64,000 nt of DNA from Hyphochytrium catenoides. Lineage: Eukaryota; Protista; Hyphochytriomycota. Location of the stretch: the NCBI GenBank assembly GCA_900088475.1, contig FLMG01001065.1, positions 4,093 to 68,092 of the forward strand. Reading direction: 5' to 3'. The translations under genes and the position numbers were made by a program. Below, in pieces: positions 62,342 to 64,000 of the stretch. Below the pieces are notes generated by a model. The model had not been told where the DNA came from. It ran no database searches and saw only the letters and a list, made by a program, of their open reading frames with translations. Numbering within the stretch: position 1 is the stretch's first letter; each line of letters begins with the position of its first letter.

Positions 62342-63391
62342 TGATATAATGTATGGGATTTGAAGACACTCTTATTTAGGTTATGTGGTCTACTGATATG
62401 CTCGAAGTGAGTATGAAGAGCTTATGGGACCCTGTTTCCTGATTATCACGTTGTCTAGTTGTTCTAGAGAGTAACTGTGTCTCGTATAAACTACTAGACC
62501 CAGTTACTACTTCTTGACGTCATATGATGACTTACCTGATGATAATAACCTAGTTATCATAACTCTGAAACACTTTGTTTTGTGCCTTCTTCCTCTTGTC
62601 AGATAGAGTCTGGAACTGTGAGCCTTTTAGATCTCTTGTCAGCTTCTGCTCTCCACATCCCCGCAGGTCCAGACTTCCTGAGTGTCCGTCGGCCTCCGCC
62701 TTGTCCTCTCCGGAAAGTAGACTTTAATGAACTTTACAGAGCTGGGTGGCAATGCCTGAAGCTTCGGTATGAGCACAATCTAGATGAAACGATAACAAAG
62801 GGACTGGGTATTGATCTGTGATTGAGTTTTCTCTGAATGAATGCTGAGTCCTGAGAGTCTGGGTCTCGATATCTTTGCTCTGCCTAGCTTCCCTCATCAT
62901 CTCTCTCTCCTCTGCTGTTCCTGTGTTCTTCTGGATATTCTTCTCACATCCGTCTTTCCCATAACACAGGTCTACCCGTAACGTCTATGTCCCTGAGAGC
63001 TAGGTGTGTATAGAGAGTGACTACTGTACTACTGACAACCAACATTGTAGCACTCAACACTCCCCCTCATGCCTAGCTTCTCAGGATCATCAGTGGTGAG
63101 GGTCGACTTAACTCACCTAATTGTCGCTCTCACTCACTCTCTCCCCCTCAGACGAAGCTAGGTGGGTAGTAGTGGCAAGAGTACTGACACTAGGAGGGAG
63201 CACTCCAAGGTGAGGACGCAGTGTCCGAAAGAGAGGAGCAGGTAAAGGCTTGGTGAGGCAATCGGCTACCATAGCTGTAGAGGGAGTATAGACCAGCGTA
63301 ATTTTTCCATTGGCGACCTTCTCTTGCAGGACACAGTGCTTGACATCTAAAGTCTTTGACTTTGGTCGTGAAGAGGAGCAGAGGACAATTG
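62342..63391 (-). mobile_element. 3' end of a Ty1/copia element: RNase H tail (63117-63391), polypurine tract (63060-63069) and 3' LTR (62342-63059)
   Basis: KTLDVKHCVLQEKVANGKITLVYTPSTAMVADCLTKPL; minus-strand TGAGGGGGAG directly followed by TGTTG; ~718 bp LTR bounded by TG...CA. Confidence 0.85.
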
Positions 63392-63596
63392 TGTTATAAT
63401 GTATGGGATTTGAAGACACTCTTATTTAGGTTATGTGGTCTACTGATATACTCGAAGTGAGTATGAAGAGCTTATGGGACCCTGTTTCCTAGTTATCACG
63501 TCGTCTAGTTGTTCTGGAGAGTAGCTGTGTCTCGTATAAACTACTAGACCCAGTTACTACGTTTTGATGTCACATGATGACTTACCTGATGATAAT
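63392..63596. mobile_element. Truncated third LTR copy abutting the RNase H region
   Basis: Highly similar to 62342-62546, begins TGTTATAATG. Confidence 0.8.
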
Positions 63597-64000
63597 TGGC
63601 GAGCCCGAAGGGCGAAGCTTTTTTGTTTAGGTTTTTGCGTCAGGCGGTGCAGAAGTTTTTTCCGATTTGTTCGTCCGCCTCTGTCTGTCTGTCTGTCTGT
63701 CTGTCTGTGTATCTGTCTGTCTTCTGTTCACAGGTAGTAAATCGTACCCCCGGACCAGCACAATTCTGAGGTTGACGATAATTCATGATTTGTTTCCAAT
63801 CACCATTTTTATAAGCATTCTCTGTTCGAATAAACGTAAGTGCTTACGTAAATAGGAACATGAAAGGGGGGTAAAAAGAAACCAAAAGGACTTTGATAAC
63901 AAACGCAAACGTCGTTAATTCTGTGATTGGTCAGTTTTTGTAATCACCAGATAATCAATTCATCGAAAGCATATTGTTCGTCTTGGGTTCATTAGTTCAT
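63597..64000. mobile_element. Possible non-autonomous Helentron/DINE-1-like element (one end only)
   Basis: LTR homology stops abruptly; then a GC hairpin gcccGAAgggc, T-rich spacer and (GTCT)n microsatellite (63672-63722). Confidence 0.35.

Overview
Eukaryotic genomic DNA with GT-AG introns, dense (GA)n/(CT)n microsatellites and five N-gaps. The standout is a tandem pair of minus-strand, 4-exon microbial (type-1) rhodopsin genes at ~1759-4276 and ~10008-13060. Both have a bacteriorhodopsin-like DTD motif (D105/T109/D116), a retinal lysine (K233), Trp in place of the conserved Arg (W102) and an extracellular aromatic cluster (F88/W102/W210/F-Y221/Y222). This is the signature of kalium channelrhodopsins, light-gated K+-selective channels with no TVGYG filter. 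From memory the proteins match HcKCR2 and HcKCR1 of the hyphochytrid stramenopile Hyphochytrium catenoides; I could not run a search to confirm. Splice reconstruction gives both a ~270-285 aa cytoplasmic tail with conserved motifs. The window also holds two paralogous 7TM-RGS genes sharing an intron position, an ethylene-receptor-like hybrid histidine kinase with all ETR1 ligand/Cu residues, an M28 aminopeptidase, a ZupT-type ZIP transporter, a 7-exon NmrA-like SDR and a secreted Cu-only-SOD-like protein. Repeats include decayed and nested Ty1/copia elements, a possible Helentron-like insert and local tandem/inverted duplications. Most short ORFs in the track are microsatellite artefacts. All exon boundaries are manual predictions.
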